A stretch of DNA of 64,000 nt. It comes from Antedon mediterranea. Taxonomy: Eukaryota > Animalia > Echinodermata. The position numbers were made by a program, and so were the translations under genes. The stretch lies in assembly GCF_964355755.1 (NCBI RefSeq), contig NC_092670.1:26460795-26524794 (forward strand). The letters run 5' to 3'. Numbering within the stretch: position 1 is the stretch's first letter; each line of letters begins with the position of its first letter. Positions 39,490 to 51,190 of the stretch are shown here, piece after piece. Under the pieces are notes generated by a model. The model searched no databases, was not told the origin of the DNA, and worked only from the letters and a program-made list of their open reading frames with translations.

Positions 39490-39958
39490 ACGTGATTGGT
39501 TGAAACTGCATCACATGACTACCGCTGCGAGGATCGTAAATCGTATATATCCTCGAGAACGCTGATATTGACTGTGTAATTTTCGCGTAATTATCGTGTC
39601 CCCTGTCATTAAACATATAGATTCTCGAGTACGATGATATTGACTGTGTAATTTTCGTGTGCCAACACTCGCGTTGCCGATAAATAAACAAAAGTCATCA
39701 ACTCGATCTTGAACTCGGGTGGAATTGTCACTCCATCGCAAGACAACGCTTCAACCGCTGCGCCACGGAAGTTGCTTGAAGAAATTAATCATCTAAACTA
39801 TTTAAACTATAGCGCCCTCATTTGTTATAAGTCCACCCTAAATGTGATGAAACACCGTTTGTGATTGGTCAATACTCACGGTAGTAACCTAGTAACTAGT
39901 ACGCGCTGAACATCCGGTGATTCGGCTCCTCGAAGATCGAGAAGAAGACGAATTGTTT
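39490..39958 (+). mobile_element. Helentron-like element fragment with a ~73-bp internal duplication and an antisense tRNA-like segment
   Basis: TGATATTGACTGTGTAATTTTCG occurs twice; minus-strand A/B boxes at ~39705-39768; terminal hairpin ATTCG..CTCGA/TCGAG..CGAAT followed by TGTTT. Confidence 0.45.
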
Positions 39959-40198
39959 ATTCGGCCTACCTGATTATAATATTATTATTTTTAATAGGCT
40001 TATTGATGGAAATTCTTCTGTTAATTTAAACGACCTAGGCCTAAGTGAATATTTTATTGCCAAGGAATCATTAATTAGTAATTATCTGTATATTATTCTT
40101 CGCAAGGTAAGGTGTCTAGGCAGGCTTGTTTAAATACAATACAAATACTAGGCCTATAGGAGGCCTAGCCTAGCTTCACCCAACCCAGCAGACTTGTT

Positions 40199-40333
40199 CT
40201 TGGCTATATAATATAACAGATATTGCCTTTTATATCTGTAAAATATAAGATTTAACATCCCCTCGGGATGATATTATGTTCTCGGGAATTATATATTTCC
40301 TCGAACATAATATCTTGGCAATATCTGTATAAT
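40199..40333. mobile_element. Internally deleted copy of the 34141-34785 palindromic family
   Basis: TTGGCTATATAATATAACAGATAT.GCCTTTTATATC is the reverse complement of 34748-34785. Confidence 0.7.
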
Positions 40334-41151
40334 AAATTGTATAAATTAGATCTGATGTTAAAATAAAAGACTTTAAGAAAATATTGGGTCTTTCTCTATT
40401 GTATTTTATATAACACCTAATTAGATTCCTATCTTTTATTGTGGGCCACATGATAAAAAGTAAGTGCCCTATTAATACCCTCCACATATCGCGGTGTATT
40501 CATATTTTTTTATCAGCTGAAGCCCGGACAGCGCAACCCTTAACAACATTATAACAACAATGCTTGCGCATGTTCAAGCGACAGCGCGTGGATTACTACT
40601 TATTGGTGGAAGACCAGAATTATGCGAGACCTCTCTTAACAACAACAATCGCGATCTTTGGTTATAGTTTTACTCCGTTGTTGGTGAAGATGAAATTGCT
40701 AAATTACATGAAGATGCAACCTCAGAAAACAAATCAAGTATGCGATCAGCGGGCTATATAGTAAATACCTTCTTCAGATGTTTAAAAAAAATACCAAATA
40801 TCCTAGCCTATCCCAAGGCCTTTCAATCTAAATCAAATGAAGCCTACCCTAGGCCTACGTCCTTTCATTTAATCTGAATGAGACGACAAGAATCTATTAG
40901 AGATGTAATATAAAACAAATAAGGCCAAATAATAAAATATACATGTTTCTCGTCTGGACTTTTTCAAAAAAGGCAGGAGGCGGCAAATTTTTATTTTTGC
41001 TATTTTTTCACTATTATTTTGAGAATACATGTCACATGATTGTATGTTGTATTTTATTTTCTTTATTCACCCGATTTTACATATGCCTATAGCTATTTTT
41101 TATAAAATGGCCACATGCTCACAAAATATTTATAATTGTATTATTTATTAA

Positions 41152-41765
41152 AAACCTTTTCGCTACGTTTTTCAGATCTAATTAAGATCACAAACTATAT
41201 TTAATGTAAAAATAATACTATATGGTCCTATTGCGATAACTTTTTTCGTCTTTAAATGGTTAAAATGTGAAAAACTAGTCGATTCTAATAATTATAGCGG
41301 CCCGCTATAAATCCCAAAATGCATTGCGCGCGGATTGATAGTTTTGTTTTTCTTCTGTAAATCACCCACTTTTCGATCGAACGTGAGGCCAAAACAAATG
41401 GAAGACTCATAACTTTTCAGTCAAAATACAGGGTTTTCCTCAATTTGTATCAACGAAATCTGGCAAAAAGCGAAAGATGCAGCAACTATACAACGTCAGG
41501 TTAGGTATATAGCTAGCGTACGATGTTTGTACGTTACTGATGTTTACCAGCTAGGCCTACAAAACTAAGCCTAGCTAGACTAGGCCTAAAGACCGTCCAC
41601 AAGAGGTCATTCGCCGCAAGCTACTTAGGTAGTGCATTGTTTCTCACTTTTTATCATAATTTACCATAAAACGTACATTTAAGACAAGGAATGACCTGGT
41701 TCAATGTTTTTAAAGTAATATATGTATTATTTTTACAAAACGTCACAAATTGTAGGGAAGGGTCT
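41152..41765 (+). mobile_element. Kolobok-like MITE family K1, near-complete copy
   Basis: TTAA on both sides; right end GTAGGGAAGGGTCT, degenerate left end AAACCTTTTCGCTAC; five copies in the window. Confidence 0.8.
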
Positions 41766-41983
41766 TTAAGTGTAGGCCAACTTGCTATCCTGCTGGAGTT
41801 CTAAAATAAGGTGTTTTTTAAAATTTTGTGTATTTCTATCTGTATCTGTATCCGTAACGTACAATCACCATCTCTGGTTATCGCGTAAGTTGGTTAGGGT
41901 CATGTGCTAAAATGTTAATTTATAGCAAAGTGTGCTTTTGAGAAATTACTTTCGATGTCAATAGTGTTAGTTGGTCTTTAAAA

Positions 41984-42153
41984 GACCGCGTAATTTTTGT
42001 TTGCGCATCATGAAAACATAACCACATCGATTCCTGGCCATAAGGAATATACTCTGAAAAATTGACTTAACTAGATGAAACTGATATCAAGATAATTGAT
42101 TGATTGATTGATTGAACATAGGTTATATGCATGATAATGCATATAACCTAATT
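41984..42153 (-). mobile_element. 5' fragment of Helitron-like family E1
   Basis: Reverse complement of ~34934-35160 with the same AGGTTATATGCAT hairpin but (TCAA)n instead of (TTTA)n. Confidence 0.8.
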
Positions 42154-43169
42154 ATTAACAATATCATATCCTCAAACTAATACACAGTAGGCCTAATTCT
42201 TGTAGTAAGGCTTTGTGTTTTATTTGGTGTAATATTTTGTCAACGCTATAAAGCTATTAAAAAACACCACAGTGTATAAGCATAGGATAGAAATAGGCTT
42301 TGAAACATTTTTTTCACTAGCCTCCATACATACGCGATCGTCTATAGATTGCTGTCTCTCGAGTCTCTCCATTTCGTCGGATACTGTTGGGGTACCTAGC
42401 ATTTATTGTTGTTTTTCATAGCTTTAGAATCGAACAATGTATGGACAGCATCATCTTTTAAAATGCAGCGGGGTTTTATTTTTAAAAACTATGCTTTCAA
42501 GTCTTTCACATATCAATCTTTATCGAAATGCTCACTGCAAATTCAACTGGCCTACGCATTTACTAGCGGTGGATGGTTTTACATTAGCTGCATTGTGTTG
42601 AGTCATTTCCATAGAATTTCCTTATTTTGTAGTGGCAAAGAATGAAAATGTATCCCTTTTTTTTGTATAACCTTCAATAGTGCACCCTGGTGCCAGACAG
42701 CATTATTAAATACTGTAAAGTATAAACAATTTTCAATTTCATTATATGCCAGCATACTGCGTGTGTATCATTGCGATAAAAGATTTGTGACATAAAGTCC
42801 TTGCTTATTACCTAATAACTCTTTAATTAATTAAAGAAAGCTCATTTTTAAAAAAAGTCTTAATCTTTAATTTTATACATATTTACAGTATGTAACTCTA
42901 AATTTTACCAGTTCAGGTCGCCTCTAAAGTGCCGGCTTTGGACCAGAGCAAAGCCTTGATGGGGGCCAGAGGCGAAACCCTTATAACGCTAAAAAGGGAA
43001 ATTCAATGACTATAGGCCTAGTTTAAACTTTTTTTGGAAGATTCGACATTTATTTTATTTAAATAAGTAATTTTCTCATTTGATAAACAAATAACAAACT
43101 AGATTACAATGAAACTTCACTTACTTCCATTTTAGGAATTAGCTGATGTAAAACCAACTCTATCTTATC

Positions 43170-43270
43170 AATATTCATCAGCTAGACCTTTGAGCATATG
43201 TGGTCTGGTACATTGGCCATTTTTTGTAACATAAAAACAGTAACATGGCTTTCAAAATGCTGGCCAATTA
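43170..43270 (+). repeat. ~100-bp direct repeat (second copy at 44294-44400)
   Basis: AATATTCATCAGCTAGACCTTTGAGCATATGTG...ATGCTGGCCAAT is shared by both copies. Confidence 0.85.
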
Positions 43271-43529
43271 ATTCACAATTTAAATATTATATGTAAATTA
43301 CATGTAAATTTCAGTTTTTGCTGGTTTAAAATTTCCTAGCAGTTGCTTTTATTTTTGGTAATTATGTAGATGTATTTTGGTTTTTAATGTCCTGCAGGAC
43401 ATTATTACTTGTCACCCGGAGATGTGCATTGCCCTTAAGTAGTAGAAACTTCCTTTCACAAAAGAGACCTTGCATTGTATTTGCTTGGCTGAGATGGCAA
43501 CTTTATATCTTAGTTTATTTCCTTCTTAA

Positions 43530-43820
43530 AGATGTATTTTCCCCAAACAACATGAAAAATGAAAATTAATAAAATCAGATTTGATTAGGCCATTTTCAAA
43601 TTTTAATAAAGTTAATGAAATAAAATATGAAAAAAATGTGTTTTCACTTATTATAAAAAGACAAAATAAACAGTTCAATTCTATAAATACTATATTTTGC
43701 TTTAAAATACATTTTTTCAGTTAAATCAATTTTTTTCCATCAAATTTATGGTCAAGGTTGATATTACTATTATGTGACAATTACTACAATGATAACAATT
43801 TTTAGACAGACAATGTATCT
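43530..43820. mobile_element. Kolobok-like MITE family K2, degenerate
   Basis: TTAA|AGATGTATTTTCCC ... GACAATGTATCT followed by TTTTAA. Confidence 0.55.
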
Positions 43821-45285
43821 TTTTAAAATTTAAAATGAATACAATAACTATATGTGTGGGTTAGCTTGTAATGCATTTATTGTTGTTTAATTTGTTACAT
43901 GGCCTTCATTACTAGTATTTCATATATGGTACGATATCTAATTTTATTAAGATGTTTCTATTTTTATAGCAATTTTAACTAATTTTTAGTCATTTGTAAT
44001 ACATTTCATTTCAGTCCTTGACTGTCGTTTTGTAATATATTTTTATATACCGAATAAATAAAAAAAAAAAAAAAATATATAACTAAAGCATCAAATTTTT
44101 TTTTTTTTATAAATAAATAATTTACTGTTATAATATGATTATATTTCAAGTATAATGAGCCTGCTTCTATTAAAAAACTGGTTTACAAATTTTGTATAAC
44201 AATGATCATGTTGCAGTCTAATTTTTACTCTAAATTAAACATGGTTTCCCATTTGACGATCATTATTTATATCCACAGAGAGTAGTCAAAAGTAATATTC
44301 ATCAGCTAGACCTTTGAGCATATGTGTGGTCTGGTACATTGGCTGTTTTTTGTAACATAAAAGCAGTAAACATGGCTTTCATAATGCTGGCCAATGAATT
44401 CATTTGAACCAGTATTTAACCCAGTTATTTTGGAATTTGTCAGTTTCCTTTGGAAACAAAGAAAATAAAGATAATTTATTTACACAATATATAACAGGTT
44501 ATAACAGAAGAGTAAACAAATCAGAAACTGGCTGACAAAAAATGAATGCCAATGTAGTGTATTTATTGATGAATTGAAATGGCAGTCTACCACCAGTTAT
44601 CAGATAAGTTTCAGCTAGCACTGTGCATGTATTTACTTTCTGTCAATTCTAGTATCAGTGAAAAGCTATAGTAAAAAAGCAATGTAATTACAAGATGCAT
44701 TTAATTAGATTAACAGATGGGCTCATCACTCCTATGGGACAGATTCTTGATTACAAAGGAAGTTATCTATTTAAAAAAGTACTTTTTTAAAGTTGTGTTA
44801 CTAAGTAGACAATTGACAGATTTAATGACAATGGGTAAATTTGTTGTTTGTTTTTAGTTTATTGGCTCCTAAACTTAATTTGTTTTAAATATTTATATAT
44901 CTATTCATCTAAAAATCATTTTATTTAATTTAAACTAAATATACTGAAAATGGACTATGAAACTTACTATTTTTTGGCAACAGCTATACATAAATATGTA
45001 TTGATTAGGTGGAATGACAAAAGTACAGAATAAAACATTCTGGTTTAAACAAGATGAAATACAGTAAAGGTACCAACAGTACAGAATTTCAAAGTGAATA
45101 TTTTAGAATAATGAAAAACCATTAGTAAATTTCCGTATTCATAAACCAAATACTAGTGTTAGTTTTAGCCAGTAAGTTAAGATTGAAACACTATCTAAAG
45201 CAGTTTCATGGTAACTTACGATGGTGGTACTATTTCCTTTGTTAATGTTATATTTATAGTAAATATTATTATTTTATAGTATATA

Positions 45286-45597
45286 TAGTTTTATATAACA
45301 CCTATATAAATTCCTGTCATTTGATTGGACGAATGTGGGTCACATGGCGTGCAATAGTACGCACTATTCAACGATCGTTAAATAGTACTTTTTGAAACAT
45401 TTTTGTTTGTTATTTAGATGTTATATAAAACAAATAATGAATGTTTTGTATTCGTGTAATGGTACAAATAATGGCACTTGGTGAATGATGAAAGGTTATA
45501 TCAACTCGGCTTTGCCTCGTTGATATAACCTTTCATCATTCACCTCGTGCCATTATTTGTACCATTGCACTCATAAACATTCATTATTTGTATAATA
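45286..45597. mobile_element. Non-autonomous element ending in a long fold-back (tentatively Crypton-like)
   Basis: ~75-bp arms (45430-45505 and 45519-45592) around TCGGCTTTGCCTC; a related fragment lies at ~4507-4565. Confidence 0.6.
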
Positions 45598-45707
45598 GTT
45601 CATGGATCTTAGTAAAAGCACAATCAAATATTTTTTTTAAATTAACAATTTTTTTATCAAATTTATTAAACTTAAAAAAATCATAAAAAATAATCACTAT
45701 TTTGCTA

Positions 45708-45762
45708 TTGACAGTGTATTGACAGTGTATTGACAGTGTATTGACAGTGTATTGACAGTGTA
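45708..45762. repeat. (TTGACAGTGTA)x5
   Basis: Direct inspection; 11-bp unit. Confidence 0.9.
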
Positions 45763-45915
45763 GTGTAAAAGTAAAAGTGTGATAGAGAATTCCCTAAAAA
45801 GGGGTTCTACTGTAATTCACTGAAATGTTACATTTATAAAACCCTAAGCAAATCTGATACTGTATATAATTCATTTCTTATTAATCACAATTAAGCATAC
45901 AATATGTAATGATAC

Positions 45916-46041
45916 CTGATAACGTGATCGCTGGCCATATTTGGCATTCATGTGCATATAAGCTGATCCACGAAGTGATGGTCCCATCAGTAACATTCTA
46001 TGAGGTTTTTCTGACTGGTTCATTGTTCTATATCCAGGCAT
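45916..46041 (-). CDS. Candidate alternative first coding exon
   Basis: MPGYRTMNQSEKPHRMLLMGPSLRGSAYMHMNAKYGQRSRYQ followed by the phase-0 donor CAG|GTATCA; in-frame TGA two codons upstream of the ATG; unique, GC-richer sequence. Confidence 0.4.
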
Positions 46042-46776
46042 TAGTCAAAACAATATCAATTTCAGCTTGTCAAAATAGATACAACTATTGAAACTTCCTA
46101 CACTGAAACTTCAACTGTGATTTAAATTGAGAATTCTGTCCACTCTGCTGCAACTGAAAAGAATTTGGCTTTCCTTTTCAATTGATTACTATTTGACTTT
46201 GTTGATTTTTGACTTGAGGACTTATTCATTGGTAAATGGTATGGATTGCAGTAAAAAAAAAGATTTGAAAAGATAAAGGACCCATTGATCAGCCTTACAA
46301 ATACATATAATCTGACAAGAGGACATATCCTGGAATGGTCGATTAATAAAACAGGGACAAACTAAACTAATATTACTAGCAGCATACTGTATATTATAGA
46401 TGCTTTTTTCTTCAAATTTTATGTAATAAATATAATGGTCAATGACAAAAGTGGTAGGTATATATATATAAATTTAAGTAATGGCAAAATTTGGTAAATC
46501 GCGTGTTACTTCTTTAATTTTTACTTGATGGTATATAAAGTTGGTTAGAATCTCGGTACTGATTTTAACCACCTGATGTAACCCTGTTTACTATATAAAT
46601 CGAGTTAGATAATTAGTTATTGACAATTAAAACGAATTTAGGTTCAGATATAGTATTGCAATACTTAGACATTACTGTAAATATGTAAACCATTTTTGGT
46701 TGCCATTTGAAGCGCAATTTTTTTAGTGTGAGTGTGGGTACTGTTAGATATATAAAGACATGTAAAAATACACTTA

Positions 46777-47657
46777 GGGTATGTTCAGACTCACGGAGTT
46801 ACGGTGGAGTTATCTACGCAAGGCGTACGGTAATCCGTGGCATTAAAAGTCAAGGTGTTCAGACACAACGATTAGCATTCCAAACGTCTTGCGTTTAAAG
46901 CGGAAGTTCCGTCATACCGAAACGGCCGATGGGATACATACACAATAACAACAACAGAGAGCTGAGAGTGACACGCGCGAAAGTTTACAACACTAGCTAG
47001 GCCTAGCAATATAATACAATGTTACCTTCAAATGTAATGGTTTTTTTGCCGATTTTTTTTGCAAATCCTTACAGAAGATAGTAATTTCGAACATAATTAT
47101 TACACGGACAATGACTTTGCCATTATTTGTATGATTTTAATTAATTTTGTGAAATCATGTCACCGACGCCAACTTCGTCAGGAAGAATTTTGCAGTTTAG
47201 ATGCAATTTCTTTAAAAACAGCCATCTTGTTGCAGGCGCTAGCTTTCCAATTCTTAATTTCTATCTTGTCTATAAATTCAGGGCTGCCCCATAATGAAAT
47301 CAAATCAGCCACTTCTGTACTTTTCCATGTAACACGTTTCATTTTAATTCGAATGTTGCTGTTGATCTAGGCTAGCTCGAGGAATAGCTATATTGTTTTG
47401 CTATTAAAAAAAACCTCGCGAATAGACTGCTGCTAATTGCGGTCGTGTCTTTTCATTGGCTGACGTTGACCGGAGGTTGAAATCACTGATGCATCAATGG
47501 ATTAGCCTTATGAAATCTACCCTCTCCCGCTGGAGTTATTAACGCCACTGGCGCGGAGTAACAGCTCCCTAACGCTAATCCGCGGCATGGTTCAGACACA
47601 AAAATATGTACGCCGCGTACATAACTCCACCGTAACTCCGTGAGTCTGAACATACCC
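46777..47657. mobile_element. Non-autonomous PIF/Harbinger element, 881 bp
   Basis: Perfect 37-bp TIR GGGTATGTTCAGACTCACGGAGTTACGGTGGAGTTAT; TTA TSD at 46774-46776 and 47658-47660. Confidence 0.93.
47178..47342 (-). pseudogene. Truncated Myb/SANT-like domain ORF (54 aa) inside the Harbinger element
   Basis: MKRVTWKSTEVADLISLWGSPEFIDKIEIKNWKASACNKMAVFKEIASKLQNSS*, homologous to 29774-30082. Confidence 0.75.
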
Positions 47658-47910
47658 TTATTACTGTGAGTGTGGGTGGCCCTACTGTTAGATATATAAA
47701 CGTACAATATACAAATAAACTTTATTACTGGCAGTTGCTTGCTCAACATTTGTATTAATTAATTACAACAAAATATAAATGTTGTGTGTAGTTTACTATT
47801 TCAATCAACAAAGTATTAAATCGCAAATGTGTTACTGTATCAAGTGGTATTTATTTATAGGCCTATAAAACATAAACAAATATTTCGTTACTGAGTGGAT
47901 AACGAATATA

Positions 47911-48492
47911 TTTGGTTATCCGAACTTGGTGGATACCCCCTTGTTATTGTCAGGATCTTTTTTTTTTTCTGTCTTTTTCTTATTCTTCTTTCTTTCCACG
48001 AATTTTGTCTGCAGCATATCTCTAATTCTTGATTCTAATTCGTTAACATGGAAGATTGTATAACTTTGTCAGAAGATTGAACTATCTATTGATGTGCAAG
48101 AAACTTTGTTATATGACTTTAGAGTTGCGCAGCAGCAATAAATTTTTATGTGCACGGTGCACAGGTAGCGCTAAAAAGGCCTTTTCTAGTAATTGTATCC
48201 AAATTCTTCAACAGATAATTCCCTTCCAAATTTGCTATCTACGTGTTTCATTATGATGACGTCATCATGTTAAAAATTTAAATAAAAGGCGGGTTCCGTT
48301 ACTTCCACCTATTCTGCAGTGTATGTAGTGTGTGTACAGTATTGTATACTGTATATATACTTAGACACAAAATAGAGAGGGCACACAAACATTTTATTTT
48401 CTTCAGGTCACAATGGCATAATCGTTTTTCTATGTGCAATATTGTAATGCATGACGTGACCGTAGCGTCCATATTGACGAGTTCAAATCTAG
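47911..48492 (+). mobile_element. Short Helitron/Helentron-like element (E2-related)
   Basis: 5' TTTGGTTATCCG..GGATACC, pyrimidine tract, shared body, and 3' ..TGACGAGTTCAAATCTAG. Confidence 0.75.
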
Positions 48493-48889
48493 TTAAAAAT
48501 TGTTACTCTTTTTTTCCCCCTTTCCTCATCCCTCAACCCTCAACCCTATTATTACATACAAAATACAAATTGGGTTTGTTTAAATGAGTCCAAATAACAA
48601 ATTTAGACTTATTTTATGACAAGTTTCTCTTTTGGAAGTAGGCCTAATTCCCAGGGTGCTTATTTTATTTGACTACATAAATCATCGTGTCTATTTATTC
48701 GACAATGTATTATACGTATTATGCAGTACGTACATTTGAAATCACCAGTGTTTTTGTTTACGCTGAAATTACTGTGTATTCGAGAACCATCTGTGGTCAC
48801 GACCTAGATGGTATTCAAGCAAAGTGAGCGTACCATTTAGTTTTAAATAATTTACAGTACTTAGTTTTTGCTTAATATATTATTATGGT

Positions 48890-49470
48890 AATCATCTCCT
48901 AATCGAACACCTCTCGTAAGTGATCACCTCCCGTAAGGGACCGCTTCTCATAATCAAGCACCCCTCATAAACGAGCACCTCGCTTAACAACCACACCTCT
49001 CGTAAGTGACCACCTCTTTTAAAGGACCACCACTCTCTTTACTTATCAATCAATCTATCCACCTCTCAAGCGACCATCTCGTAAGCGACCACCTCCCTAA
49101 AACCATACATATAAGCAACCACCTCTCTTCAGGGTCCGCTTCTCATAACGAACAACCTCTCGTAAGTGACCACCTATTGAACGACCACCTCTTTTAAAGG
49201 ACCACCTCTCTTAACAACCACACCTCGTAAGTGACGACCTCTTTTAAAGAACCACCACCTCTCTTAAAGGACTACTTCTCATAATCGACCATCTCCTGTA
49301 ACATCGACCTTTCGTAAATGACCACCTCTATTGAATGACCACTGTCTCTGTTAGGGGACCGCTTCTCATAATGGACCATCTCTTGTAAGCGATCATGTCT
49401 CTTAACAACCACACCTCTCGTCAGAGAGAGGTTGTGGTCCCTTAAAAGAGGTGGCCGCTTAGAAGTGGTC
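48890..49470. mobile_element. GACCACCTCTCGTAAG-repeat MITE remnant (Tc1/mariner-pogo-like, tentative)
   Basis: Many degenerate GACCACCTCT motifs that switch to inverted GAGGTGG(T/C)C near 49425-49470. Confidence 0.65.
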
Positions 49471-50807
49471 AATGAGAAAACAGAAAGCTGAACACCAGAC
49501 AAGTGATGGCGCAAACCACTGAGCCATGACAAATGACAGAACATCATTTCAGAGTCATTTGCGTGACCAAGGCTACTGAAATCAGCCGAAACGGAGCAAG
49601 TAAGTACTTGACAATTATAAAAAGACAAAGGAAACATTAATTTTAACCAAAAACCATTGTCTGACAGAAAATTTAATACTATTACATGAAATTAAAATAG
49701 AATATTCAACAATAAAATTTACAAAAAAAATGGTTGGGGGGGGGGGGCAATATATCTTTAATATTTAATCTTACTAATTTAAGGTCGCCAGGCTCCTATG
49801 GACTGGATACACATGTAATTCTATTGAGCACTCATTGCAATGGAAAAAGGGAGAGTTTATTAGACACTGTTCTAAAGTAAACTGTTGTTCAATTATTCTG
49901 CTGCTACAATCTTGAATTGAATTCCAAATATATATATTTTTTTTTATTTGTTCTTTCTTCAAACTGAAATACTCTTTCTATTAATATACAAATGTACTGA
50001 TTTCCAAAGTGGTTCAGTAAACATATTTTTAACAAAAATAAAATATAAAAGAAAAACAAAAAGAAAGAAAAGAGATATAAAACTATTTACAATTGTGAAG
50101 GCAAAAAGGTTAATACATTGTTTTCTATAGTGAAGATTTAAAAGTTGCCAAAGACATAGGCTAGGCAGTTCCCAATAACGACAGGTTTTATTTGGTGAAA
50201 AAACATCATGTATCATTCAGAAAAAATTTAAACAAATTAGCCAAGTATTAATAAATACGCTAAACTCAACTTACAAAATAAATCTCCATTTTACATCATG
50301 ATGTTATATACAGTATAATGTGAATATCCTAACATTCCTTATTCTTGGTGAGCTTTGATGTAAATTTTTGGCCTCATTTACATCTAATGTAATCCAATCT
50401 AATTTAAAAGCACTTATTACTTACACAGCTTGGTAATTACAAAACATTACATGATCAATGATTATCATAAACCATCACCTTACAACATATTGTTGCTAAA
50501 TAGATGTGCTTATAAATGGGTTTAAATATTTTATTTGTGATTATGTCATTTGGAAGGGAGACATTTAATCTACATTTTAGAAAGTGTGGAATAAATTCTT
50601 GTAAATTATGATTTCTAACATAGGTCAGTCACTTGACAAATCAATAGATTAATAATTACTAAAAAATAATGATTTGAACAGATTATGATACATACATACA
50701 TTACATAATAACAATATACCATTTCTATTTTGTGTACATCACACAGTAGCAGTTGTAAAAACAAGATCACCCATAACCAGTAGTATTAAATAGCTCTAAC
50801 TGATAGT

Positions 50808-51190
50808 CGTGGTTTTCCCACTTCCTGAAATCTTCCGGGAGTGATATCTTAAGCTTGAATACGGAAGTCAATAAACATGACGGAAGCAGTTCTAAGGAAA
50901 TCATAAGGAGTTTAATATTCCAGCTGTATATAGTTAAAACAATTGACTTCCTGTTGAATTTAATTGTTGCGTCTTACATCCTTCCATTGTACAAGTTAGG
51001 GAAAGGTCCAAAAACCCCAGAGTCATTGTAACATGTGAAGATACTTAAGAACAATTGATACGTAATTAGTTTCTTTTATATATTACCACACTGATCAGTG
51101 ATATAGTCTATTATATGTACTGTATGACATTGTACGTTCCTTCCTATCTTTATCAACAACAGCTTGCTTGCTGTTTTCTACGGAAGTCGT
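50808..51190. promoter_or_regulatory. Candidate ETS-rich cis-regulatory module
   Basis: ACTTCCTG 50820, CTTCCGG 50833, ACGGAAGT 50861, ACGGAAGC 50880, ACTTCCTG 50946 and ACGGAAGT 51180 in unique AT-rich DNA. Confidence 0.4.
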
